The position numbers and the translations under genes were made by a program. Below are positions 42,594-54,141 of a stretch of 64,000 nt of DNA, in pieces (position 1 is the first letter of the stretch; each line of letters starts with the position of its first letter). Below the pieces are notes generated by a model, which was not told where the DNA came from, ran no database searches, and worked only from the letters and a program-made list of their open reading frames with translations. Location: positions 3,866 through 67,865 of the forward strand of contig JBAOHK010000009.1 of NCBI GenBank assembly GCA_037045605.1. Reading direction: 5' to 3'. The DNA is from Chitinophagaceae bacterium. GTDB taxonomy: Bacteria; Bacteroidota; Bacteroidia; Chitinophagales; Chitinophagaceae.

Positions 42594-43874
42594 ATGAAAA
42601 AATTAGTCCTCTTTATTTTTATTATGAACATATCTGTTGCAAAAGCACAGATACCGGATCATATTTACAAACCCAACATCCGTTCCGTGAAATTGCACAA
42701 GTACGGGGATATTTACAGTTATCCTGTCATCACTCTCAATAGTACTGATCAGCTGGAACTACATTTTGATGATATGGATGCTGATATGAAGTATTACTAT
42801 TACGGGTTTCAGTTGTGTAATGCTGACTGGACTCCCGCAAATGTGCAAACCTTCGACTATATCCGTGGATTTCAAAGCAACCGGATAACAACCTATCGTA
42901 ATTCTTCATTGGTGCAGATACGATACACCCATTACCAGGCGGTGCTGCCTGAAAGAAACTCGGCGCCAACAAAAGCAGGTAATTACCTGTTGAAAGTTTT
43001 CCTGAACGATGATACTTCAAAACTTGTCTTTGCGAAGCGTATGCTGGTGGTGAATACAAAAGCATCCGTTTCTGCAATAATTACACAGCCATTCAATGCT
43101 AATTTTTTCCGCACACACCAACGGGTGCAGGTAGCTGTAAATACAGCCAATGCACAAATCAATGCTTTTTCCCCACAGGATCTAAAAGTGGTTGTGGTGC
43201 AGAATAATATATGGTCTGCCGCATCGGTAATTGACAGACCAACGATCTTCCGGGGCAATTATTTTGAATACAGCGATGAAGAGAACACCACTTTTCCCGC
43301 TGGGAAAGAGTGGCGCTGGATAGACCTGCGCAGCCTCAGGCTGATGAGTGAACGGATGGACAAACTATTTGATTCTGACAGCAGCGACAGGGTGGATGTA
43401 TATGTAAAACCGGATGGGGAACGCCGCCAGCAGTTATATGTTTATTACCGTGACTTTAATGGTATTTACAGCATTGAGAACAGGGACAATGCCAATCCTT
43501 ATTGGCAGGGTGATTATGCATGGGTTCATTTCACTTACATTCCTCCCGGGAACAGGGCCTATGAGGGAAAGAGTGTCTATGTTTTTGGTGAACTCACCAA
43601 CTATGAACAGAATGATGCTTCAAAGATGATTTTTAATGAGACGAAAGGAATTTATGAAAAAGAACTGTACCTCAAACAGGGATATTATAATTACTCTTAT
43701 GTAACACTGACTGATAAAAAACAGGCTGGTGTTCAACCATCATATGAAAATACAGAAGGTAATTACTGGGGCACAGAAAATGGTTATATGATACTGGTCT
43801 ATTTCAGGCCGTTTGGCGCCCGGGCTGATGAATTGATTGGTTTTACAAGAGTGAATTCTGCGATTCAGCGATAA
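42594..43874 (+). CDS. DUF5103-like protein (family annotated as T9SS plug protein; tentative)
   Basis: Signal peptide, then IRSVKLHKYGD..SYPVITLNS.DQLELHFDDMDAD.KYYYYGFQLCNADWTP, which I recall as the DUF5103 signature. Confidence 0.5.
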   Translation: MKKLVLFIFIMNISVAKAQIPDHIYKPNIRSVKLHKYGDIYSYPVITLNSTDQLELHFDDMDADMKYYYYGFQLCNADWTPANVQTFDYIRGFQSNRITTYRNSSLVQIRYTHYQAVLPERNSAPTKAGNYLLKVFLNDDTSKLVFAKRMLVVNTKASVSAIITQPFNANFFRTHQRVQVAVNTANAQINAFSPQDLKVVVVQNNIWSAASVIDRPTIFRGNYFEYSDEENTTFPAGKEWRWIDLRSLRLMSERMDKLFDSDSSDRVDVYVKPDGERRQQLYVYYRDFNGIYSIENRDNANPYWQGDYAWVHFTYIPPGNRAYEGKSVYVFGELTNYEQNDASKMIFNETKGIYEKELYLKQGYYNYSYVTLTDKKQAGVQPSYENTEGNYWGTENGYMILVYFRPFGARADELIGFTRVNSAIQR

Positions 43875-43908
43875 CTTCATTTACAAATCTTATTTACTGC
43901 TGCTCCCT

Positions 43909-43916
43909 TATCTTTG
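43909..43916 (+). promoter_or_regulatory. Candidate -7 promoter box TATCTTTG for the SRP RNA
   Basis: Exact TAnnTTTG match ending 5 nt before the predicted RNA 5' end. Confidence 0.35.
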
Positions 43917-43920
43917 CGGC

Positions 43921-44014
43921 GGCAGGTCTTACACGACCAGCTCCTGCTGAACCCTCCCAGGGCCGGAAGGCAGCAAGAGTAGGTGGTTGAGCGGTGCGAT
44001 GTAATCAGCCTGCC
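43921..44014 (+). ncRNA. ffs: Signal recognition particle RNA (small bacterial type, 4.5S-like)
   Basis: Conserved domain IV core CCAGGGCCGGAAGGCAGCAAG. The closing helix GGCAGG...CCTGCC is followed by A-T9. The overlapping ORFs on both strands have no protein-like features. Confidence 0.8.
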
Positions 44015-44063
44015 ATTTTTTTTATTCCCCATCCCCCTGAGGAGGATTTTAAATACAACCAAC

Positions 44064-44717
44064 ATGAAATTTTTCGTTGACACGGCCAACCTGGCCCAAA
44101 TCAAAGAAGCTAACGAATTGGGTATTCTCGATGGAGTTACTACTAATCCTTCGCTGATGGCTAAAGAAGGCATCAAAGGTGAAGCCGCAGTAATGAACCA
44201 TTACAAAACCATCTGCGAAATGGTGGATGGTGATATCAGCGCAGAAGTGATCAGTACAGAATTCAATGCAATTGTTGAAGAAGGGAAAAAACTGGCCGCT
44301 ATCCACCCCAATATTGTGGTGAAGGTTCCTATGATCAAAGATGGTATAAAAGCTATTAAATGGTTTACTGATAATGGGATCAGAACCAACTGCACACTGG
44401 TGTTTTCTGCCGGCCAGGCAATACTGGCTGCCAAAGCAGGGGCTACTTATTTATCTCCCTTCATTGGCCGCATTGACGACAGCAACTGGGATGGTATTGA
44501 ACTGATCTCGCAGATATCACAGATATATTCCATTCAGGGTTTTAAAACGCAGATACTGGCAGCATCTATCCGTAATGCGCTGCATATTGTAAGATGTGCC
44601 GAAGCAGGGGCAGATGTATGTACTTGCCCCTTGGATTCAATATTAGGATTGTTAAAACATCCGTTGACAGATATTGGCCTTGCTAAATTCTTGGAAGACG
44701 CAAAGAAAACATTATAA
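44064..44717 (+). CDS. fsa: Fructose-6-phosphate aldolase / transaldolase type 3B
   Basis: Start set at MKFFVDTANLAQIKEANELGILDGVTTNPSL, with the VKVP active-site Lys region. About 217 aa, typical for the family. Confidence 0.85.
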   Translation: MKFFVDTANLAQIKEANELGILDGVTTNPSLMAKEGIKGEAAVMNHYKTICEMVDGDISAEVISTEFNAIVEEGKKLAAIHPNIVVKVPMIKDGIKAIKWFTDNGIRTNCTLVFSAGQAILAAKAGATYLSPFIGRIDDSNWDGIELISQISQIYSIQGFKTQILAASIRNALHIVRCAEAGADVCTCPLDSILGLLKHPLTDIGLAKFLEDAKKTL

Positions 44718-44740
44718 AAACAGGTGATAAGAAACTAAAA

Positions 44741-44762
44741 GCCTTCAGTATCTGCTGAAGGC
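44741..44762. terminator. Bidirectional terminator
   Basis: GCCTTCAG / CTGAAGGC stem flanked by AAAA and TTTTTT. Confidence 0.6.
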
Positions 44763-44769
44763 TTTTTTA

Positions 44770-45171
44770 TTAATTGCTTTTTGTCTTGTTCTTTCGGGAT
44801 GGATTATTCATTATCTCATCTTTTGTCGGCAATGGCCCGTCCGGTTTCGTCTTTATCCAGATGGTTCTTTCTATCCATACGGCAGGGTTTGTTTTCAATA
44901 CTGCCTTAACCGTTACCTTTTCTTCTTTAAAATTATCTGGGATGATGAGCTCATTTCCATCAAAGCTGGCAGATGAACAGGAGAACTGGATGTCTTTGCT
45001 GGTAAGTGGTAACCAGCGGCCATTAGAAAGCTTGCCATCCACATTAATATAATTATGCTGACCTTTTTTCAGGCTGTCTGTGTAGAGGTGGAAATAAATA
45101 CTGTCAACCTTCTGCGCAAAAACAGGGGAAGCTGCAGCAGCAATAATAAGAATAAGCAAAAGTTTTTTCAT
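44770..45171 (-). CDS. Small secreted protein of unknown function
   Basis: Internal start MKKLLLILIIAAAASPVFAQ gives a clean signal peptide. Confidence 0.5.
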   Translation of the reverse strand: MKKLLLILIIAAAASPVFAQKVDSIYFHLYTDSLKKGQHNYINVDGKLSNGRWLPLTSKDIQFSCSSASFDGNELIIPDNFKEEKVTVKAVLKTNPAVWIERTIWIKTKPDGPLPTKDEIMNNPSRKNKTKSN

Positions 45172-45395
45172 ATCACTGTACAAAAGTCGTAAAACCATAC
45201 CAAATGGTTGTGTAAGGGGCAGCTTTTAGGTTCTTTTAACTTTCCGAGGGGCTATTGTTTTATTTTTTCCAGTCTTTAAAGGCAATGGCACTTGCACCGG
45301 CCACAAGAATGGCGTCTTCTTACCGTTATTTCCCATACAACCAATTTAAGGCATTTTTACAGATTGCGGGAAACACTGTCAAAGCAGGAACTGCT

Positions 45396-46313
45396 TTATT
45401 TCTTTTTTAGATAAAGAAGTATCGTTTTTTCCTTGGCTTCCAGTTCACAGCTTGCCTTACCGGATGTATTATCACTAACGATATACACCGTTCCGTCGTT
45501 GGCAATAGTAATACCTTCTAGGTTCATACTGAAGTCCTGTGTTTTGTAAGCATTAGATGCATCAGTGAAATTTTCAACCGGTATGTTCTTCAGCGTTTCC
45601 ACCAGCAATTTTCCATCTGCATCAATATCTATCGACTCTAAGAATTGCTGCCTGAACTTTCCTTTGGAATATGATTTTAAGCATAGAAGTTTTGAATTCA
45701 CACTATCCACACAAATATCAGAGTATCTCCATTGCGGGTTCTCCAGCGGCAGTTCCGTCATTGACTCATATTTCAATATAAGAGGAGAGCTTTCATTCCC
45801 GGCTTCCACGGTGTAGGTGTAGATCTGGGAATGCGACATATCGTCATCTCTTTCCCGCAACAGATAAAATTTATTGCTTTTTTCATTCGCAGCAATGCCT
45901 TCCATGCCATCACCGTCTTTTGATTTTGGCGGCAGTGGGGCAGATGTGCTTACTGTTTTTACAACACCGGACTGAATATCGATCTCGTAAACTGCAGCAA
46001 TATTCTCCGACACAACATATAGTTTGTCCTTATACGAAGTAAGACCTTCCATTTCGAAATTCTGTGGCACCTGTATAGCAATAGTATTGGTGATGGCACT
46101 TTTTACCGGGTCAAATACAAAAATAGAGGGACAACGTTCAGAAGCGAAGTACAACTGGCCGTTGTATAACTTCATACCAGAGATGCAAACCTGTTTGTTC
46201 ATGGATGCAGGCAGGTCAATATTACCAACTGTATAAACTTCTGACTGTGATGGCTGGGCAATAGCTGCTGTACAACTGAACAGGCCTGTAATAACCAAAG
46301 AGAATATTCGCAT
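45396..46313 (-). CDS. Secreted beta-propeller-like protein, SdiA-regulated/YjiK- or phytase-like (tentative)
   Basis: Signal peptide and repeated EG(L/I)(T/A) motifs followed by hydrophobic strands (MEGLTSYKDKLYVVSE, MEGIAANE, LEGITIANDGTVYIVSDN). Confidence 0.4.
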   Translation of the reverse strand: MRIFSLVITGLFSCTAAIAQPSQSEVYTVGNIDLPASMNKQVCISGMKLYNGQLYFASERCPSIFVFDPVKSAITNTIAIQVPQNFEMEGLTSYKDKLYVVSENIAAVYEIDIQSGVVKTVSTSAPLPPKSKDGDGMEGIAANEKSNKFYLLRERDDDMSHSQIYTYTVEAGNESSPLILKYESMTELPLENPQWRYSDICVDSVNSKLLCLKSYSKGKFRQQFLESIDIDADGKLLVETLKNIPVENFTDASNAYKTQDFSMNLEGITIANDGTVYIVSDNTSGKASCELEAKEKTILLYLKKK

Positions 46314-46572
46314 AGATTGTTGCTTTTATGGGGCTGAAATGGAGTATCTGCGAATTTAGACGAAAGTTGGATAAAAATAGTGGCAGAATGGGATGAATTC
46401 TTCAGCCGGTCTCCTGTTTTTGATAGCTTTCGTGGTTTAGTGATTTATCATGCCGGTATTCACTTAAATAATCCTTGCACTGTAAGTTATTTTTATACTG
46501 GCAGCAAAGGGTTATAGTTTTTATCTATGATTATATCATTGAAATAGATAAACCTTTTGACAGATTCGTCGC

Positions 46573-46580
46573 TAATTTTG
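46573..46580 (+). promoter_or_regulatory. Candidate -7 promoter box TAATTTTG upstream of katG
   Basis: Exact TAnnTTTG match, 33 nt upstream of the katG ATG. Confidence 0.3.
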
Positions 46581-46588
46581 CTTTATAA

Positions 46589-48853
<2,265 letters not shown>

Positions 48854-48878
48854 TACCTGCGTCGGGTTATATTAATTT

Positions 48879-48906
48879 AAAGGTGGTCTTACCAAGGCCA
48901 CCTTTT
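48879..48906. terminator. Bidirectional terminator between katG and the DinB-family gene
   Basis: AAAGGTGGTCTT / AAGGCCACCTTT stem followed by T6. Confidence 0.55.
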
Positions 48907-49383
48907 TTACTTACCGGTTTCTGAAGTTAATTTTTTGATCAATGAGATTTGTCCCAGGTGGTAATAACAGTGCTCAATTACGCCTTCAATATTCCGTAAA
49001 TAAGTTCCGTATTTTTCATCAGCAAATATTTCGTCTAATTTTTCATCAGGCATTTTCTCCACCAGCCGGGCAAATATTTCTGCGTTAGACAAAAACTCGT
49101 TTACTAACCTTTTCCAATCTTCTTCTGATGTTATGGCCGGGATGTCAAAACTAAATTTGTCCCGGATATCAAGTGTGCCGGTTTTAAAAAAACTCAAAAG
49201 CCCGGCCAGATAATAGTTGATGTGGTAGGTTAAAGCTGCAATTGTATTTAAACTTCCTGTTTTTTGTATTGCTTCCTGCCAGGTTATACTCAATAATTGT
49301 TCCTGGTAGTTGGTATTAGCAATCCAACGCCCATTCAGCAACACCTCCTGCAGCCGCTTTGCCAGCAATTGATTTCTTGCCAT
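48907..49383 (-). CDS. DinB-superfamily (DUF1572-like) protein
   Basis: 158 aa, four-helix pattern with His motifs (YHINYY, EHCYYHLGQI). Confidence 0.65.
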   Translation of the reverse strand: MARNQLLAKRLQEVLLNGRWIANTNYQEQLLSITWQEAIQKTGSLNTIAALTYHINYYLAGLLSFFKTGTLDIRDKFSFDIPAITSEEDWKRLVNEFLSNAEIFARLVEKMPDEKLDEIFADEKYGTYLRNIEGVIEHCYYHLGQISLIKKLTSETGK

Positions 49384-49469
49384 TGTAACATGTAATTTTG
49401 GGGTTGCTTTGGATTGCTGCTAACGTTCAAGGCTTGCCGCAGGGCTGGCAACAATTAAAAATCTTTATG

Positions 49470-50702
49470 CTATTTCAACTTCTTCTGTAAGTTCTGATCA
49501 ATCGCCTCCAAAAACTCTTCAGTATACAAAAAGTGTTCGCCATGCTTCACTTTATTACCATGGATACATACTGCGAGATCTTTTGTCATCTTACCTTCTT
49601 CTACCGTTTCAATACAAACTGCTTCAAGGGCAAGACAGAAATCGATCAATGCCTGGTTGCCATCCAATTTCCCACGGAAGGCCAGTCCCCTTGTCCATGC
49701 AAAAATGGATGCGATAGGATTGGTAGATGTTGGTTTGCCTGCCTGGTGGTCACGGTAGTGCCTTGTTACCGTACCATGTGCAGCTTCGGCTTCCATTGTT
49801 TTTCCATCAGGCGTAACAAGAACAGATGTCATTAAACCTAAAGAACCAAAACCCTGCGCCACTGTATCGCTCTGTACATCACCATCATAATTTTTACAGG
49901 CCCATACAAAGTTGCCATTCCATTTTAATGCACTGGCCACCATATCATCGATGAGGCGGTGTTCATACACAATGCCTGCAGCATCAAAAGCTGCTTTAAA
50001 TTCATTCTGGTAAATGTTCTCAAAAATATCTTTGAAGCGGCCATCATATTTTTTCAGGATGGTGTTCTTGGTAGAAAGATATAAAGGCCATTTTTTGCTC
50101 AGCGCCATATTGAAGCAGCTTCTTGCAAAACCCATGATGCTCTCATCAGTGTTGTACATACTCATGGCCACACCATCACCTTTAAAGTTGTACACTTCAA
50201 ACACCTGTGGTTCACCACCGTCTTCAGGTGTAAAGGTCATGGTCAGCTTTCCTTTCCCTTTTATCACGGTATCAGTTGCACGGTACTGGTCGCCAAAAGC
50301 ATGACGGCCCACAATAATGGGGGCGGTCCAGTTGGTCACCAGCCTTGGTACATTGCTGATTACGATCGGCTCACGGAAAACCGTTCCATCCAGGATATTG
50401 CGGATAGTACCGTTGGGGCTCTTCCACATTTGTTTCAGGTTAAATTCTTTTACCCTTGCTTCATCCGGGGTAATGGTGGCACATTTAATACCCACACCGT
50501 ATTGTTTAATGGCATTGGCCGAATCAATGGTCACCTGGTCATTGGTCTGGTCACGGTATTCCACCCCAAGATCATAGTACTTAATATCCAGCTCCAGGTA
50601 GGGGAGGATGAGCTTATCTTTAATGAATTTCCAGATGATCCGGGTCATTTCGTCACCATTCAGTTCCACTACCGGGTTAGCAACTTTGATCTTTTGAGCC
50701 AT
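49470..50702 (-). CDS. icd: NADP-dependent isocitrate dehydrogenase (eukaryote-like ~410-aa subtype)
   Basis: [39 protein letters not shown]. Confidence 0.9.
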   Translation of the reverse strand: MAQKIKVANPVVELNGDEMTRIIWKFIKDKLILPYLELDIKYYDLGVEYRDQTNDQVTIDSANAIKQYGVGIKCATITPDEARVKEFNLKQMWKSPNGTIRNILDGTVFREPIVISNVPRLVTNWTAPIIVGRHAFGDQYRATDTVIKGKGKLTMTFTPEDGGEPQVFEVYNFKGDGVAMSMYNTDESIMGFARSCFNMALSKKWPLYLSTKNTILKKYDGRFKDIFENIYQNEFKAAFDAAGIVYEHRLIDDMVASALKWNGNFVWACKNYDGDVQSDTVAQGFGSLGLMTSVLVTPDGKTMEAEAAHGTVTRHYRDHQAGKPTSTNPIASIFAWTRGLAFRGKLDGNQALIDFCLALEAVCIETVEEGKMTKDLAVCIHGNKVKHGEHFLYTEEFLEAIDQNLQKKLK

Positions 50703-50840
50703 AATGAATTTGGTTTTGGGTTTTTAGTGAAACCTGAAGATTATCAGGTGGGGTCGCAAATCTACAATATTATCAAATGTGACTATTATCATATCTCAGG
50801 ACTGGAAATCAGGTGACCTTTACATTAGAATTTTATCAGA

Positions 50841-50854
50841 TTGATTTGAATCAA
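50841..50854. promoter_or_regulatory. Perfect FNR/CRP-type palindrome TTGAT-TTGA-ATCAA
   Basis: Seen directly. It lies 7-37 nt upstream of the plausible starts of the adjacent Crp/Fnr-family gene and about 140 nt upstream of the divergent icd. Confidence 0.4.
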
Positions 50855-50890
50855 TACAAAATGTTGTACCTTTTATCGCCAATCAGCATC

Positions 50891-51496
50891 ATGGATACTT
50901 CCAAACTATTCCGGGAATACCTGAACAAGTTTGTCGAACTGACCGACGCCGAGTTTGAACAATTGCTGCTACCGGTAATCAAAGTCAGGAGATTTGGCAA
51001 AAAAGAACTGCTGACGAAAGCCGGCGAAGTAGAGAATTATTTCAATTTCATCATCAGAGGGCTCATCCGTAAATACTACAAGAAAAACCATCATGAGATC
51101 AACACCCAGATATCAACAGAAGGCCACATCATTCACTGCCAGGAATCCTATCACAGCCGGCAACCGTCAGAATACTATATTGAAACTATTGAACCGAGTA
51201 CCGTTATATCCATCACTTATAATGACCTGGAAGCAATTTTTGCGCAGTCAAAAAAGATGGAACACCTGGGCCGTCTTGTAATCACCCACACAATGGTATT
51301 AAAAGACCGCTGGCAGATACAACTGGTTAAGATGACACCAAGAGAAAGGTTCCTGAACTTCGTAACAAAGAACCCGGAACTGATGCAACGGGTGCCGCAG
51401 AAATTTCTCGCCTCTTACCTGAACATCAAGCCAGAAACATTCAGCCGCTTTAAACATTTGCTGAAGGGGCATACAAAGAATGCCATCGCCAGCTAG
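50891..51496 (+). CDS. Crp/Fnr-family transcriptional regulator (start ambiguous: 50861 or 50891)
   Basis: cNMP-binding beta-roll region and a C-terminal HTH (FLASYLNIKPETFSRFK). Confidence 0.75.
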   Translation: MDTSKLFREYLNKFVELTDAEFEQLLLPVIKVRRFGKKELLTKAGEVENYFNFIIRGLIRKYYKKNHHEINTQISTEGHIIHCQESYHSRQPSEYYIETIEPSTVISITYNDLEAIFAQSKKMEHLGRLVITHTMVLKDRWQIQLVKMTPRERFLNFVTKNPELMQRVPQKFLASYLNIKPETFSRFKHLLKGHTKNAIAS

Positions 51497-53388
51497 ACGT
51501 TTACCACCAGCACCGGTATTTTTAATTCATGTCGCACTGCGCCGATCGTTTGCCCGTACAACAGGTCTTTAATGCCACTGTGTCCATGTGCACCGATGAC
51601 CAGCATATCAGCATCACTCTCTTTAACAATCCGGACTATTTCTTTTACCCTGTCGTTATAACCTAACAGACCTGTTGATGTAATTCCTTTTTCTTTAAGC
51701 TGGCTTATATAGTTATTGAGCTGTTCCTGGTCCTTTCTTGTTTCCAGGTCGTCAGCATCTTTTTCAATAATCCTGGTAGCGGCACTCTCCACCACATGTA
51801 TCAGTACATAGGAAGTATCGTTGTTGCCCTGTCCGATAGCATGGGTGATGAGTTTGAGGTCGTCTTTGCTGAAGTCAAGTGCAACAGCGATCTTTTTATA
51901 AACAGGCACTGCTATCTGGTGCAATGTGGAAGCTTCAGGGTGAAGTTGTGCCTGTACCGTTTCTTTTTTCTTACGCATAATGGGATAAAAAATGGCAACC
52001 ACTAACAAAGTCACATAAAACAACCCGGATAATATGATCACTGCTTTCCAGAAAATGCTGTCTGATGTTGCGAAGAAGGAAGAGGCCTGCTCCACCACCA
52101 TGCGGATGTTCAGGTAAACAAGAACGGCTGCTATCAGCGATGCAAGAACAATAACAAAAGGCTTAATGACAAACTTGCCCATTGTCTTTTTGTCGCTGGT
52201 AAAATGTATCAACGGAATAATAGCAAAACCTAATTGCAAACTCAGTATTACCTGGCTTAATATCAGCAGGCTGTCGATGTTCTTTTCACCGTTAATTAGT
52301 ATAACAATAACGGCAGGAATGATGGCAATAAGCCTTGTCATCAGCCGTCGTATCCACGGTGCGATGCGGAGTTTGAGATAACCTTCCATTACTATCTGGC
52401 CGGCAAGGGTTCCGGTAATGGTGGAGCTTTGTCCTGCTGCTATCAATGCTACGGCAAAAAGTATGGGAGCAAGATTAGTACCCAGCATCGGCGCCAGTAA
52501 TTCATGTGCCTGTTTTATTTCACCCACATCCGTTCTTCCTGTTTTAAAAAAAACAGTTGCGGCTAACACCAATATGGCGGCATTAACAAAGAAAGCAAGA
52601 TTGAGGGCAATGGCACTGTCAATAAAATTCATTTTGAGAGCTCTTTTTATTCCTGCATCATCTCTTTTTATTTTTCTCGTTTGCACTAATGCTGAATGCA
52701 GGTATAAATTATGGGGCATTACAGTAGCCCCGATGATACCGATGGCAATATACAGAGCAGTGTTATTTGGAATGCTTGGTGCGAATCCCTTTACCACTTC
52801 GCCAAGGTTAGGTTTGGCCAGTATGATTTCGACAAGAAACGATAAACCAATTACAACAACCAGTGCAATAATAAAAGCTTCCATTTTCCGCATACCTAAC
52901 CGCTGCAGCAAAAGGAATAAAAAAGTATCGAGCACAGTAATACTTACACCCCAAATCAACGGAAGGCCCGTCAGCAATTGAATACCGATGGCCATACCCA
53001 GGATCTCAGCAAGATCGGTGGCCGCAATGGCAATTTCAGCCAACCCATATAATGCATAGTTAATATACCGGGGATATGTTTCCCGGTTGGCTTGTGCAAG
53101 ATCCCTTCCTCTGACAATACCAAGCCTTGCCGATAAACTTTGTAAAAGCAAAGCCATCAGGTTACTCATCAGCAGGACCCAAATCAGTTTATAACCAAAC
53201 TGGCTTCCGCCAGCCAAATCGGTGGCCCAGTTACCCGGGTCCATATAACCCACACTTACAAGATAAGCCGGTCCAAAAAACGCCAATACTTTTCTCCACC
53301 CGGTTCTTTTCAGGCTGGTAGTGTCCACACTTTGGTTCACTTCACTTAATGATACATAGTTGTATTTATCATGTGCCATATCGTACAA
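51493..53388 (-). CDS. mntH: Nramp-family divalent metal (Mn2+) transporter fused to a C-terminal universal stress protein (USP) domain
   Basis: The N-terminal ~430 aa has GPAYLVSVGYMDPGNWATDL and MPHNLYLHS Nramp motifs. The C-terminal ~150 aa has USP features (KKIAVALDFS..., MLVIGAHGHSG..., IPVLVV). Confidence 0.85.
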   Translation of the reverse strand: MYDMAHDKYNYVSLSEVNQSVDTTSLKRTGWRKVLAFFGPAYLVSVGYMDPGNWATDLAGGSQFGYKLIWVLLMSNLMALLLQSLSARLGIVRGRDLAQANRETYPRYINYALYGLAEIAIAATDLAEILGMAIGIQLLTGLPLIWGVSITVLDTFLFLLLQRLGMRKMEAFIIALVVVIGLSFLVEIILAKPNLGEVVKGFAPSIPNNTALYIAIGIIGATVMPHNLYLHSALVQTRKIKRDDAGIKRALKMNFIDSAIALNLAFFVNAAILVLAATVFFKTGRTDVGEIKQAHELLAPMLGTNLAPILFAVALIAAGQSSTITGTLAGQIVMEGYLKLRIAPWIRRLMTRLIAIIPAVIVILINGEKNIDSLLILSQVILSLQLGFAIIPLIHFTSDKKTMGKFVIKPFVIVLASLIAAVLVYLNIRMVVEQASSFFATSDSIFWKAVIILSGLFYVTLLVVAIFYPIMRKKKETVQAQLHPEASTLHQIAVPVYKKIAVALDFSKDDLKLITHAIGQGNNDTSYVLIHVVESAATRIIEKDADDLETRKDQEQLNNYISQLKEKGITSTGLLGYNDRVKEIVRIVKESDADMLVIGAHGHSGIKDLLYGQTIGAVRHELKIPVLVVNV

Positions 53389-54034
53389 ATATGTTTTTGG
53401 CCAATTGTTCGCTAATAGTGAATGGCAATTGTTGACGGATCTTTATTTCCATCGAGTTATCAAAATCAAATTTCTTTTTTACTTCCATCCGGGTGCCAAT
53501 ACCGATATTTTTATGATTAAGCAATTCAAGTATCTGGTTTGACTGATCGCCTACATGGCAAACAATAGCTGGTTTATTCAACGGCAGATCAAGCAGGCAT
53601 ACCTGGGGGCTGGTCTCAATCTTTCCGTTCTCATCAGGTATCGGATCGCCATGCGGGTCTACCCGCGGAAAGCCAAGAAATTCATCCAGTTTGTCGATCA
53701 GTTTTTTGCTGCTTACATGTTCCAGGTGTTCTGCCACTTCATGTACTTCATCCCAGCTGAATTTTAGTTTTTCAGCGAGGAAATATTCCCAAAGGCGGTG
53801 CCGGCGAATGATAAGCAAGGCTACTTTTTTACCTTCGGGACTAAGCCGAAAACCCTGGTAGGGCTGGTAGTACAGGAGTTTTTTCGTTTTCAGTTTTTTC
53901 ATCATGTCCGTAACCGAAGCAGGTTTGGTGCTAAGTTCATGAGCCACTTCGTTGGTGGTCACTGTTCCTTCGTCCTGCTGCAGGTGAAAGATGGCCTTGA
54001 TGTAATTCTCTTCGCTGGTTGAGTAGTTCAACAT
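53369..54034 (-). CDS. mntR: DtxR/MntR-family metal-dependent repressor with FeoA-like C-terminal domain
   Basis: N-terminal SEENYIKAIF...VTTNEVAHELSTKPASVTDMMKKL wHTH, metal-site region RRHRLWEYFL...HEVAEHLEH. Its 3' end overlaps the mntH start by 20 nt. Confidence 0.8.
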   Translation of the reverse strand: MLNYSTSEENYIKAIFHLQQDEGTVTTNEVAHELSTKPASVTDMMKKLKTKKLLYYQPYQGFRLSPEGKKVALLIIRRHRLWEYFLAEKLKFSWDEVHEVAEHLEHVSSKKLIDKLDEFLGFPRVDPHGDPIPDENGKIETSPQVCLLDLPLNKPAIVCHVGDQSNQILELLNHKNIGIGTRMEVKKKFDFDNSMEIKIRQQLPFTISEQLAKNIFVRYGT

Positions 54035-54041
54035 GACTAAA

Positions 54042-54069
54042 AATTATTTTAGACAAACCTAAAATAATT
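54042..54069. promoter_or_regulatory. Perfect 11-6-11 inverted repeat AATTATTTTAG-ACAAAC-CTAAAATAATT; candidate MntR operator
   Basis: Seen directly, 8 nt upstream of the mntR start codon at the head of the mntR-mntH operon. Confidence 0.45.
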
Positions 54070-54141
54070 ATCCTGAACAGCAAAATTTTCTATTGACCGG
54101 AACCTCGGAATCGCTTACTTTCGGTCCATTAATAACCAACT

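Noticed and set aside
43877-44176. 99-aa minus-strand ORF and the 27-codon N-terminal extension of the fsa ORF (43983-44063).
   Set aside because: Both overlap the SRP RNA. fsa has a canonical start at MKFFVDTAN (44064).
45199-45395. Possible small ORF (43 aa, MALAPATRMASSYRY...) or element in the 197-nt gap.
   Set aside because: It has no coupling to neighbours, no signal or TM features and a weak sequence context, so it is not supportable.
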